Below the pieces are notes generated by a model. It was not told where the DNA came from. It ran no database searches and saw nothing but the letters and a program-made list of their open reading frames with translations. Source: Octopus sinensis (Eukaryota). From it: a stretch of 64,000 bases of DNA. A program made the translations under genes and the position numbers. The DNA lies in the NCBI RefSeq assembly GCF_006345805.1, contig NC_043023.1, positions 1,860,001-1,924,000 on the forward strand, written 5' to 3'. This document shows, piece by piece, positions 40,011 through 51,299 of the stretch (the first letter of the stretch is position 1; every line of letters starts with the position of its first letter).

Positions 40011-40759
40011 CATGATTCTTTCAGTTTCTACCAACAAAATCAAATCAGAAGGCTTTGTTAAGCCCAGGGCTATAATAAAAGACACTCGCCCAATATGCCA
40101 TACACTGGAATTGAACACACAAGCATGGTGTTAGGAAGCCGACATCTTACCACAAAGTCACGAGTGTGTGCTTATTAATGATAATAATAATTTCAGATAT
40201 TTCTGATATCTTTCTTGAGATGAAAGATTTAGACATTTTCTAGAAGAAAGGAATCCAAAATCTCTTTTTTTTTTCTCCCATCAAACACCAAATTTAGCTT
40301 CTGTGATTCTTTGAATTTTGGTAAGGGTTCTTTGAAATGCTATCCATGCATTTTATATGCGATACCTTATAAGGATGTTTAATAAATGGGAAAATGTGGA
40401 AAACACTGCAAATGCAAAATTGAATTGAAATGTTTCAAAGACGGCTGAGAATCCTTTTTGTGTGTCTGTGTGTCTTTTTAAATCTTTTGTTCTTTAGTCT
40501 TTTGTTTGTTTCAGTCATCTGACTGTGGCCATGCTGGAGTACCTCCTTCAAAGGTTTAGTCAAATGAATCGAAACCTCTACTTTATTTATTTGTTTTATT
40601 TTCTGTTTTTCTTTGTAAGTCTGGTACTTATTCTACTGGTCACGCCTGCCAAACTAAGGACATAAACAAACCAACATCAGTCACCAAGTGGTGTATTATA
40701 GATCATCATCATCATCATCATCATTTAACGTCCAGCTTCCATACTGGCATGGGTGAGAC

Positions 40760-41290
40760 ATGTATATGGGAAGGATGGCTTCCCTTTACAAATACTGATA
40801 GGGTACAAAAAGCATGTGAATAGCCAGCTGGAGGAGGTGTCCTCCTGGGGCTATAAGCTACAGTAGCATCCACCTTTAAGGGTTAGCCACATTTAAGTGG
40901 CAAATATACTTCACGATATTGAGCAGTTACTGTTTATACCTCGTTCAGAGATTTATTATTGCTTGTTTTGACTTTTTCGAGATCAGTGACTTTTCATCAC
41001 TGGAAAAAAGATATATGTATTTTGCATTGGGAACCACTTCACATTGACAACCAGTGATTGTCACATGCTGATGACGGGTCAACACCTAGAAACTCGGGTC
41101 TGTGTGTATCATGTCAGGCTGGAGATGGGAAGGATGGTTTTCCTTTGCAAATACTGATAGGGCACAGAAAGTGTGTCAACAGCCAGCAGGAGGTGTCCTT
41201 CTGGGGCTACAAGCTACAGTAGCATCCACCCTTAAGGGTTAGCTACATTTAAGTGGCAAATATACTTCACGATATATATATATATATAAA
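40760..41290 (+). mobile_element. Diverged retrozyme-like element, ~1.4 monomers of 359 bp
   Basis: gggaaggatgg at 40768 and 41127; homologous to the 47614-47947 unit. Confidence 0.75.
41062..41106 (+). ncRNA. Type I hammerhead ribozyme, damaged stem II base
   Basis: cacatg-CTGATGA-cgggtcaacaccta-GAAA-ctcgg-GTC-tgtgtg. Confidence 0.65.
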
Positions 41291-41994
41291 CAGAAAACAA
41301 AAAAATGGAACAAGAACGTAACAGGTGACAACAAAACATCAAGACAGTTAGGCAATACAAAAATGAACAGGAAAAAACAAGGATGGGTCATTCGGAGCTT
41401 CCTATCCTCAGTCAAGTTCCAGATCATCTTTGCAATTTCGGCCAGTTACACTGAAGACTACTGCAGTCTGGCTGGCCCCAAGAAAATGTAAGCTAAGAGC
41501 ACTAGACTCCTTGGAAGAAAGCAAGCAGATGTATATGAAAACAAAGACGAAAAAACGGAGAAATGGTACACAATTACAAATACAAACAACAAGACATTAA
41601 CAACAGGTGTCTTTCGACTAAAGATGATTTAAATTAAGCTGGCGTGTGTGAAAGTGAAGCCTTATGGCAGGAACATAAGAAAAGAAAGTCATGGAAGGAA
41701 TATAAGAGATGCTACACGGATGGTAGATGAATCAGGAAAGAAAGGTCAGGCTTAGCTGAACACCAGTCACATGGAATGAGAGGAGAGAGAGGTAGTGGGC
41801 ATATATATGCATTGAAAAATAGGATAAAATCTTTATAAGAATTTATCAAGTAGTTAATGTGAAAAACCTCATAAGGGAAAAATCCATCAATTTTTCCTCT
41901 TAAATATATTTATATTGAGGGCATTACTACGCATAAATGCCACATGCTAGGAGGAACTCTTAAAGTCAAAACTACCAAAACATATATATATATA

Positions 41995-42363
41995 TTGTCT
42001 GTGTATGGCAGGTTTGGTAGCCTTCAACTAACACTATCTTCTTCCAAGACTCTGTGGCACAAGTTGGCCAAAATTGAGAGTATGATAGAAGGCTTGCTCT
42101 TCCTTCCGTAGAAGAAAAAAAATTCAAATTGGACTATGTTAACACCAAAAATTATTTACATCAAAAAGGTGCATTTTCTCTATGAAAATCCCTATGTTTT
42201 TACGATTTTTTTACTGCTGTGTCGCCATTTTCGGTGTATTTCAACCAGAAAAATGTTCACTTAAAGAGAATAACAAGTTACATAATGCAAAATTTTTACT
42301 TCTCAAAAATTCCAATTCTGAAGGGTCGAAACAAACCCGAGCAATACCAGGCGATACTGCTAG
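41995..42363 (+). mobile_element. Helitron H1
   Basis: Family match; ends CTAG|T. Confidence 0.8.
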
Positions 42364-42401
42364 TATACATATATATATATATATATATACACACACATAT
42401 A

Positions 42402-42690
42402 CAGTAGAACCTTGCAGTATGAGTGCACCATTGTATGAGTAATTTGTTGTATGAGCCTAGACTTATATGAATTTTTGCCTTGAAGTATGAACGAAAATCC
42501 ACAATACAAGCGCACAAATTGTCGCATCTTTAAGGTAATTCAGTTAATAAATCCAGGTTACATATTTCTTTTGCATCGCCTTTTTTTACAATTGTCCTTT
42601 TACTTGTAAGTGTACCTTTTCTGTTTTAAAACCTATAAAAAATTATTTTACGTGGTGAAGCATGAACTTCAAACATTAGGTCTCACCGAG
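42402..42690 (+). mobile_element. Possible Tigger/pogo-type DNA transposon end
   Basis: TA|CAGTAGAACC start only; second TIR not found. Confidence 0.3.
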
Positions 42691-43337
42691 GCAATGATTA
42701 GTGACCGAGACCTTTGGAAATATGCTGTGTGTGAGAAGACCCAGCAGGACAAGTGAGACCATAACCCGTGGCCTCTACCTGGGATGTAGCTAGTCCACTT
42801 ATGCATACCTTTCCTTCATTGGACACAAAACTCTGCTTGCAAAGACCTGTTGAGGCAAGTGAAATCGAAATCGATCAAAAAAATCAATGGAAATAGTAGT
42901 TGTGATACCAGTGCCAGTGGCACGTAAAAAGCACCATCTGAACGTGGCCGTTGCCAGCATGGCCTCGACTGGTTTCCGTGCCGGTGGCAAGTAAAAGCAC
43001 CATCTGAACGTAGCCATTGCCAGCACGGCCTCAACTGGCTTCTGTGCTGGTGGCACATAAAAAGCACCATCCAAACGTAGCCGTTGCCAGCACGGCCTCG
43101 ACTGGCTTCCGTGCCGGTGGCAAGTAAAAAGCACCAACTGATCGTGGCCAGTGCTGGTGGCACATAAAAAGCACCCACTGCACTCACGGAGTGGTTGGCA
43201 TTAGGAAGGTCATCCAGCTGTAGAAACACTGCCAGATCAGACTGGAGCCTGATGCAGCCTCCTGGCTTCCCAGACCCCGGTGGATCCGTCCAACCCATGC
43301 TAGCATGGAAAACGGACGTTAAACGATGATGATGATG
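42690..43337 (+). mobile_element. SINE family C with internal 67-bp VNTR
   Basis: gcacca at 42931, 42997, 43064, 43131. Confidence 0.85.
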
Positions 43338-44120
43338 TTGATTTGGAGTGTTTTGTTGTAGCACATGTCCCACTAGCACACATCATGTGCTTATGCAAAA
43401 GTTCTATTGAGATAATAATAATCTATATTTCATGACAGATATCAGACGGCAAAGTTCGTTAAATTACAAGAAAAATTGTTTGAAAGAGAAAAGTAAAAAG
43501 AATTTCAACATTTGAATATATAAATAAAATTATTCATTATTGAAACTAATCAGGAGACAAATGAACAAACGATGTGATAACAAGCTGACATCTAAATAAA
43601 AAATGAAAACCACCAGAGTATTATAACACACTAACAGATTAAGATTAATGGCAGCTAAAGAAGAAGAGTGAAGAAATATATTTAGGTGCTGACAAGGATG
43701 TGTGGTTAAGCTGCTCATTTTGCAACCTCATGGATTCAGGTTCAGTCCCACTGCATGACAGCATGGACAAGTGTCTTCTACTATAGCTCTAGGCCAAGCA
43801 ATGACTTGTGAGTAGATTTGACAAATGGAAACTATGAGGAATCCCATCATGTATATGTATTTCTGTTTTTATATAAAATTTCATCTGTCCTGCCCGCCAA
43901 ATTTGTTTCTGGTGTTCGCTGAATTTTTCCTCTAGAGAATTTCCTTTGTAGTTTGATCGTTGATGATCTATTTCTAGCATACGGCCGACTACCTTGCAGT
44001 CTCGCCCTGCCAATATACACATATATTAGAATTTTCTCTGATTTCTCAGATTTTTTGTATGCTAGACTACTGGCTTTAAATTGATATTAAAATTAATATT
44101 AATTTATCTCCCTCATTATT

Positions 44121-44166
<46 letters not shown>

Positions 44167-44189
44167 GTTAATATATATATATTAACTAT

Positions 44190-44400
44190 ATAGTTAATCC
44201 CAACAAGAAAGCACTAAAAAACAACAACAACGAGGACGTGGAACAAATATAGTATTATTGGACGCTCAGGAAAGAAGGAAAGAAGGAGGGTTTAACGTTT
44301 CAAGCGGAGCTCTTCGTCAGAAACATAGAAGGAAAGATCCAGAGAAGGGAAGACAGAGGGACAAAAATCGCCAAAATCGCCAACACGAGGTCACATTTTA
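44190..44400 (-). mobile_element. Short HHR-motif element family P1
   Basis: Homologous to 15670 and 33311 copies; adjacent to a (TA)n tract. Confidence 0.65.
44290..44324 (-). ncRNA. Minimal type I hammerhead motif
   Basis: Minus strand GTTT-CTGACGA-A-GAGC-TCC-GCTT-GAAA-CG-TT-AAAC; palindromic AACGTT in place of stem III. Confidence 0.55.
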
Positions 44401-44738
44401 TGCATATATATATATATGCAAATATATAAAATCTGTTGTCTGTGTGTCTTCTGGGATCTCAGGCATCCTCCATCCGATTGAACTCAATTTTGCATGTAGA
44501 TACTGACGGTATCAGTACAAAAATCGATTCCTGGGGAGAATGCGATCGATAAAGCATTCTTTGGAATAGAAAAACGTCTATCTTTATTTCTTCTTTTGTG
44601 TGGTGTCTCAAATAAAGGTTAAATCAGTGTTTCTCAAAATGGAGCCTATGGGACAGTCGGGCAAGTTGTTTTGAGAAAACTTGGTTTAAATGGTTTGACA
44701 ACTCGGCTACATCTTTTGCTTGTATGTATTATATATAT

Positions 44739-44770
<32 letters not shown>

Positions 44771-45472
44771 AAATCACCATGCTTGACCACTAAATCCAAA
44801 AGTTTTTATTCTCTCTCTGTTTATTTTCTTTTATTCCTTTCTGCGTAGGCTCGAAATGTAAAAGACTTTTTCATTTTCTTGAGCATCAAACTAATGCACC
44901 TGTTTGTTGTTCATACACCTATCTTCATCTTTTGTTTGTCTATGAATTTCAACTATATATATATTTATATCTATATACATAAATGTGTAACGGTGTCTGT
45001 GTGCGTGTGTGTTTGGGGGTTACTCTAACTCCTCCCACACTGTCCAACCGATTTTAATGATTTTTGGCTCATAGGTAGATCACATGCCCTGAAGTTTAAA
45101 CAAGGCCAGAGATGGGCTGAACTTCAACATGGAAAACATGAGCAACACCGAGTCCAACAGCTGGTATATATATATATTATTCAATGATTTTTCACGTTTT
45201 ATTATTTACAATTTTGCAATATTATAATAAAAGAATATTATATATTTATTGTGATAAAACTAGTACTTTCATGCGTTACACAATCATCAGGTTTATGTAG
45301 TAGTAGTGGTAACAGTTCTGTTCCACAATTGATAACTGTAGTGAAGTTAAATTTCTCCTTTAAATACCTATCAATAGGCTCCAGCATATTGAATCTTATG
45401 AACTCTATTTTGACCAGTCAGTATATGGCTTAGATGTCATGATTTGGTGAGTGTGCCAACTTGGTTAAATAT

Positions 45473-45795
45473 TATCATCGTCATCGTTGCTAGCATGGGT
45501 TGGACGATTTGACTGAGGTCTGGCAAACCAGATGGCTGCATCAGACTCCAATCTAATCTGGCAAAGTTTCTACAGCTGGATGCCCTTCCTAACACCAACC
45601 ACTCCGAAAGTGTAGTGGGGGCTTTTATATGCCACCGGCACAAGGGCCATTTAGGTGGTACTAGCAATGGCCATTCTCGAATGTTTTTTCACATGTCACC
45701 AGCACAAGTGCTAGTAAGGTGACACGGGTAACAATCATACTCGAATGGTGTTTTTAACGTGCCATCGGCACAGAGGCCAGCTTCTTGTTCTGGCA
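45473..45795 (-). mobile_element. SINE family C
   Basis: Family match. Confidence 0.75.
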
Positions 45796-46768
45796 TATAT
45801 ATGTGTGTGTTGAAAAGGTAGTAAGACACAACAAAAATTTTAGAAAAAATGAATAAGAAAATGAGTGGAGATTAAACCAGTGTGTGTGTTAAGGAATAAG
45901 GCACTAAATGAGAATGCTCTCCCCAGACACAATAATATATATATATATGTATATGTAAAAAGACACAAACTGGGACAAGAACGCAAAACATTTAGAAGAC
46001 GATACAAAAAAACGGACGGGACATTCGAAGCCTTCGACCTTCAGTCAAAAACCGGATCATCCTCGCAATTTTGGCTGATTAATCTTGAGATTGCTCCAAC
46101 CTGGCCAGCCCAAAAGGAAAATCTAAGCCAAGCGCATTAGATTCCTTGGAAAAAAGCCTCGAATGTATACAAAACAAGAACGGGAACGAATAAGAATACA
46201 AAAAATACGTAAAAATAATAATGATAACACGAATAAGAATACGAAAATACGTAAAAACAATAATGATAATAATAATAACAAAAACAGGACGTTACAGACA
46301 GGCGTCTTTTCGACAGGACGGGTGAAATTGAGCTGGCGCATTGAAAAAATGCCTTGAAGCGAAGAGAGAAAAAAATTTGTCTAGCTTAGCCTATATATAT
46401 ATATGTATGTATGTATGTATAACAACAGTTGGATTGTGGTTCACTACAGCTGTTTCAGACATATCCTTTATTGATGAACAAAAGTGTTACATCCAGCTAG
46501 ACCAAAAACTGACCCAAATTCAGTTAAGAGTGTGCATAGCCAGCCCCTGTCAAGCCACCCAACACACGCCAGCATAGAAAACAGATCTTAAATGATGATG
46601 ATGATGATGATACATGCTGGGCTTCCACACAGTCTCTCTCTGAAAAATTCCCTAACTAGGCATTGACTGTAAAAGACACTTGTCTAAGTGTACCATGTGG
46701 TGCAACTTAACACAGTTGCAAAGTGAGCTACTTAAACAAAATACATACGTACATATATACATACATGC

Positions 46769-46804
<36 letters not shown>

Positions 46805-47062
46805 ATACATATATTAAGCAACAAGAATGACTCCGGTAATTTGGTACGATCGTTTCGCACTACATCATTTGATTAAATGTTGTAAGTATTACAACAGTTT
46901 TAAAATGCTGAGCACTCATCAACCAATTATAGAGGTCTTCCATTAATACAAAAATGTTCATATCAAGTGGCAACATTATAGAGAAGGTAGATATATAGAC
47001 AAAGATGTGGATTTAAATTTTCAGAACATTTGAGGTAGTGGAGCCCATCACTGACTGACGTG

Positions 47063-47093
<31 letters not shown>

Positions 47094-47103
47094 TACATAT
47101 ATG

Positions 47104-47137
<34 letters not shown>

Positions 47138-47342
47138 ATTATATATATACACACAATATATATATATATACATATATATGTAACGTATTTTTGCCATTTC
47201 AATATGGCTAACCCCTAAGGGTGGATGCTACTGTAGTTTTTAGCCCCAGGAGGACACACTCCTCCAGCTGGCCATAGGCACATTCTGTGTCCTGTCAGTA
47301 TTTGCAAAGGGAAGTCATCCTTCCCGTCTTCAACTTATGATA

Positions 47343-47387
47343 CACACGGACTCGAGTTTCGAGGTATTGACCTCTCGTCAGCGTGTG
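47343..47387 (-). ncRNA. Type I hammerhead ribozyme (intact)
   Basis: Exact reverse complement of 47692-47736. Confidence 0.88.
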
Positions 47388-47691
47388 ACAATCATAGTTG
47401 TCGCCGAGAATTAGATTTCCTTCACAAATACTTATACTTTTTCCAGCGTCCACTGTCGCTGATATTGAAAAAGTGAAATCCAACAATGATAAATATCAAT
47501 GTGATATATACAGTAGCGGTAACACAACGTGACGTATTTTTGCCATTTCAATATGGCTAACCCCTAAGGGTGGATGCTACTGTAGTTTTTAGCCCCAGGA
47601 GGACACAATATCAATATCAGCGACAGTGGACGCTGGAAAAAGTATAAGTATTTGTGAAGGAAATCTAATTCTCGGCGACAACTATGATTGT

Positions 47692-47736
47692 CACACGCTG
47701 ACGAGAGGTCAATACCTCGAAACTCGAGTCCGTGTG
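47692..47736 (+). ncRNA. Type I hammerhead ribozyme (intact)
   Basis: CACACG-CTGACGA-GAGGT-CAAT-ACCTC-GAAA-C-TCGA-G-TC-CGTGTG: 6-bp stem I, 5-bp stem II, GUC triplet, predicted cut after 47730. Confidence 0.88.
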
Positions 47737-48326
47737 TATCATAAGTTGAAGACGGGAAGGATGACTTCCCTTTGCAAATACTGACAGGACACAGAAAGTG
47801 TGCCTATGGCCAGCTGGAGGAGTGTGTCCTCCTGGGGCTAAAAACTACAGTAGCATCCACCCTTAGGGGTTAGCCATATTGAAATGGCAAAAATACGTCA
47901 CGTTGTGTTACCGCTACTGTATATAACTCACATTGATATTTATCATTATATATATGTACATACATATATATGTACATACATATATATGTATGTATGCATT
48001 ATACATGTTTGTATACATGTATATATTTGTATATATGTATATATATGTATGTATATCTATGTATTGGGGAAGGGTGTATATATAAGTATGCACATAGGTG
48101 TATGTGTCATGATCAAAGTCAACCCCATGAAAAATCGATGACTGCTGTTCACACAACACATCAAACGCTTTATCTTTCTACACAAACATAAATATATATA
48201 CACCTATATATCTATATATTATGTATGCAATATATACATATATATATGCATGTATATATATGCATATATACAAACATATATATACATATATATATATACA
48301 GACATATGCGCATATATATCTATATG

Positions 48327-48365
<39 letters not shown>

Positions 48366-48428
48366 TATATATATATAATTAATATATGACCACTATAGTG
48401 ACCATATAGTGACCACTCTTCTTATATT

Positions 48429-48489
<61 letters not shown>

Positions 48490-48493
<4 letters not shown>

Positions 48494-48660
48494 TATATAT
48501 ATATATATAACGGGAAGCTTATGAAAATAAACAAAAGACGAAGGCAGGTGAAAAAAACGAACAATTGTATTAGTATGGCGCTCAGGAAATATAAATAAAA
48601 CAAGTCTTTAACGTTTCGAGCCTACGCTCTTCAACAGAAAGATACACAGAGAGAGAAAAA
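48490..48660 (-). mobile_element. Short HHR-motif element family P2
   Basis: Minus strand TCTTT-CTGTTGA-A-GAGC-GTAG-GCTC-GAAA-CG-TT-AAAGA (48605-48642). Confidence 0.65.
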
Positions 48661-49219
48661 CATATATATATATATATATACATATATATCTATATGCATA
48701 TATATATATATATTTAAACACACACACACACATATACATATGCATACACTCACATCAGCAACTAAGTTGCTATAATTTATATACACTAGTTTTCAGGTGT
48801 TTATAAATGCTAAGAAGCGACGAAATTAAATTAAGAATTCTTCAGTTATTTTCATCTCCAAGAAATTGAGGAAACTTTCATCTATTTTCATTTGTTTTTG
48901 GAATTTTTTTTTTGTAGTTTTGTATTTTTGAGGGCTGCATATTTAAAATCTAATCAACACACGTACGTATGTGTGTATATATGTATGTGTGAGTTTAGGT
49001 GTTAGTTGTGTAGGATTGTGTGTGTATGGAGGGTGTATGTTTCTAGGTATGGGTATGTATTTATGTATATTTTGTTTATATATGTGTGTATAATGCATAT
49101 ATGTGTGTCATATATGCACACATGCAAATATCTATACACACACACAGATATATGTCTATATATACATATATATAAATACTTGGATATATATGCATGCGTA
49201 TGGTATATATATATGTGTG

Positions 49220-49280
<61 letters not shown>

Positions 49281-49560
49281 TGTATATAGATATACATGGG
49301 TATATACACATATGTATAAGTGTGTATATATAGAATATATAATACATTTGTGGATATACATGTAATTGTGAACCTATATATGTCATGTGTCTTAACTTGC
49401 ACTTTACAAATGTCTTTGCCTGCATATACATATAGACATACATACATACATACATACTAATATATAGATATATATATATAAACACGTACATATGTAATGT
49501 CATCTATACATATATATATATATATGTGTGTGTGTGTATACTGATATACAATATAACATA

Positions 49561-49713
49561 CAGTGTACATTTAAACACATTAAGAGGTTTCCATCATAGG
49601 AATCCCTTACGCTAGAAAGAACAGCTAAAGTCCAAACCACTATGGATTCCTATGATGGAAACCATATGGGATTCCTATGAAGGATACTTCTTAATGTGTT
49701 TAAATGTCCACTG
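49561..49713. mobile_element. Tc1/mariner-type MITE (153 bp)
   Basis: TA|CAGTG(T/G)ACATTTAAACACATTAAGA...TCTTAATGTGTTTAAATGTCCACTG|TA. Confidence 0.85.
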
Positions 49714-49813
49714 TATTTATATGAATAATATATAGTCTATTGACTAAATTTTCTATACGCTAGGACACTGGTAGTAAAAAATTCTAAAATCTTTATTACC
49801 CTGATATTATTAA

Positions 49814-50200
49814 TCTTTATATATAAAAGTGAAGTTTTGTGTCTGTCTCCTACGATTTAGATTCCTAACTACTCCCACATTTTGCGGTGCAGTTTAACCA
49901 AAACCGGGTATCTTATAGTCGTGATTCATATCGAGCCATTCTGGGTATTAGCATGAGTCTACGATTTTAAAAAAAATTTACCATCATTTTTTTCCATTTT
50001 AATGCATTTTTTCGCTATTATATAAGGGAAGTAACTCTTTAAAAATGTCTACGATGAGTCAACGATTTTTAAAAAAATCACCATCATTTTTTTTTCCATT
50101 TTTGATGCATTTTTTTGCTATTTTTTGGCTATAACTCTCTAAAAATGCTTATATAGTTATTTCCCTTACAAACCCGAGCAACGCCGGGCGATACTGCTAG
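49814..50200 (+). mobile_element. Non-autonomous Helitron H2
   Basis: A|TC...cccgagcaacgccggg...CTAG|T. Confidence 0.85.
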
Positions 50201-50201
50201 T

Positions 50202-50235
<34 letters not shown>

Positions 50236-51051
50236 ATATATATATATGCACACACAGGAGTAACCACATAAATGTGAAACAAGGTGGAAAAAGGAGTACT
50301 CAAATACCAGAGGTAGAGTAATATGCTTTATTTAAAAGGTACAGGAGTGATATATCTATTTAACCCTTTAGTGTTCAGATTAATTTGTCAAATGTAATGC
50401 TTATCTGTTCACGTTAATTTTGATTTATTCAGGTTCAAATGGGGTGTCCACAATATTTACTTGTAACTTTGTTAATTTTCTACATACAGATTTGAAATTT
50501 TGTAAATGGGTAGTTATATGCTAGTGGTTTATAGTTACATAATTTTAGCTTATCTTTCTGACTAAATTTGACTTTTATGGGCAGGTAAATTTAATTAACA
50601 GGTGTAAAAGCAATAACATTATGAATAAACACTAATATTCATATTCTTAATACACCTTACCTCTTTGATTTGTTACTAATATTATTCCAGATGTCAACCG
50701 CCAACGATTTTATATTTTTCATGATCCGGTACATTAATTTGAATTAATTAAAATACAGGTGTAATCAGAACAAGATTTTATTCTTTTTTTATATTTAATT
50801 GAAACGTTTCCATTGAAAATAAAGTACAAAACTCTTTTATTAGTCAGTATACCATTGGCTATGTAATTTTATACAATTTAACGAATTCATTTACGTAACA
50901 GAATGCATCTAATAAAAAAATCTCATTAACAGGTGAGACAAAGGTGAATACAGGTGTGTAACTTTCTGAAAATTAATATGTATTTCTCACTTTCACATAT
51001 TACTAATAATAAAATGAAAACAAATATACAAAATTATATAGTTATGACATA

Positions 51052-51290
51052 TTTCTTATTTCCTTATTGCCCACAAGGGGCTAAACATAGAGGGGACAAA
51101 CAAGGACAGGCAAATGGATTAAGTCGATTACATCGAACCCAAAGCGTAACTGGTGCTTAATTTATCGACCCCGAAAGGATGAAAGGCAAAGTCGATCTCG
51201 GTGGAATTTGAACTCAGAACGTAACGGGAGAGGAAATACCGCTAAGCATTTCGCCCGGTGTGCTAACGTTTCTGCCAGCTCACCACCTTA
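51052..51290 (-). mobile_element. SINE family B
   Basis: Family match. Confidence 0.85.
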
Positions 51291-51299
51291 ACAGTTCAC

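Larger units (their letters stand above)
47180..47947. mobile_element. Retrozyme-like element: ~1.2 monomers on minus (47180-47607) joined back-to-back with ~0.96 monomer on plus (47614-47947)
   Basis: 349-bp period (47183 vs 47532); arms ~99% identical by eye; flanked by (TA)n. Confidence 0.85.

Noticed and set aside
40298-40320. Possible 23-nt micro-exon (tttag|...|gtaagg), phase-compatible with 28395-28442 and 50691-50728
   Set aside because: The joined peptide matches nothing I recognise, and the third piece lies in a probable transposon end
45238-45387. 49-aa minus-strand ORF MLEPIDRYLKEKFNF...
   Set aside because: Short, weak splice context, no recognisable motif
46015-46055. Hammerhead-like CTGAAG...TTCGAATGTC on minus (also ~41385-41415)
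   Set aside because: GAAA box is GAAT in both copies and no stem I pairing was found
46825-46875. Half hammerhead GCGAAACGATCGTA on minus
   Set aside because: No CUGANGA core or stem II partner upstream
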